From Octopus sinensis (lineage: Eukaryota): DNA of 64,000 nucleotides. Position numbers and translations under genes: made by a program. The notes under the pieces are model-generated. The model was given only the letters and a program-made list of their open reading frames with translations. It was not told the origin of the DNA and ran no database searches. The stretch covers positions 63,240,001-63,304,000 of the forward strand of contig NC_042999.1 of NCBI RefSeq assembly GCF_006345805.1, given 5' to 3'. Below are positions 63,819 to 64,000 of this stretch, in pieces. Position 1 is the stretch's first letter. Each line of letters opens with the position of its first letter.

Positions 63819-64000
63819 TTATATATAAAATGCATGCATACACACAGAATTAAGCATTTGGTAAAAGTGATGAGTGAATAACCCTACTGGATAGTTGGAC
63901 TCAGAAGTGTGATAGAGCGATGTGAAAGGGTGAAGATCATATAATAGAACACTACCGTATAATAATTTCTTAGTAAAGAACTTAAACTATTCAAATTATT

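Overview
AT-rich, repeat-dense eukaryotic DNA. The SINE families point to a coleoid cephalopod, most likely Octopus; this is inferred from recognised repeats, not from a search. No host protein-coding gene can be supported: most ORFs in the track are microsatellite or SINE artefacts. The window looks like intronic or intergenic DNA, possibly inside a long minus-strand intron. It holds a dead Tc1-type transposon with DD36E spacing (7608-9824), a fossil Helitron Rep/Pif1 region (~4090-5990), non-autonomous Helitrons, piggyBac/hAT/Tigger/foldback MITEs, CR1 and RTE LINE 3' ends, and dozens of copies of three tRNA-derived SINE families. A fourth abundant repeat is the modular 3' end of an RTE LINE. 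The most interesting signal is a set of short elements, mostly next to (TA)n or (ATT)n tracts and often in inverted or tandem pairs, that carry minimal type-I hammerhead ribozyme motifs as seen in Penelope-like elements and retrozymes. One is near-canonical (2333-2377). One family has a reconstructed core GUGAACA, a compensatory G3:C8 swap (46.5-47.1 kb). Also notable are a candidate AG|GT recursive splice site (19964/19963, minus strand), repeated snap-back structures at retroposon 5' junctions, and site-specific nesting of one SINE family in another. Coordinates of decayed repeats are approximate, read by eye.
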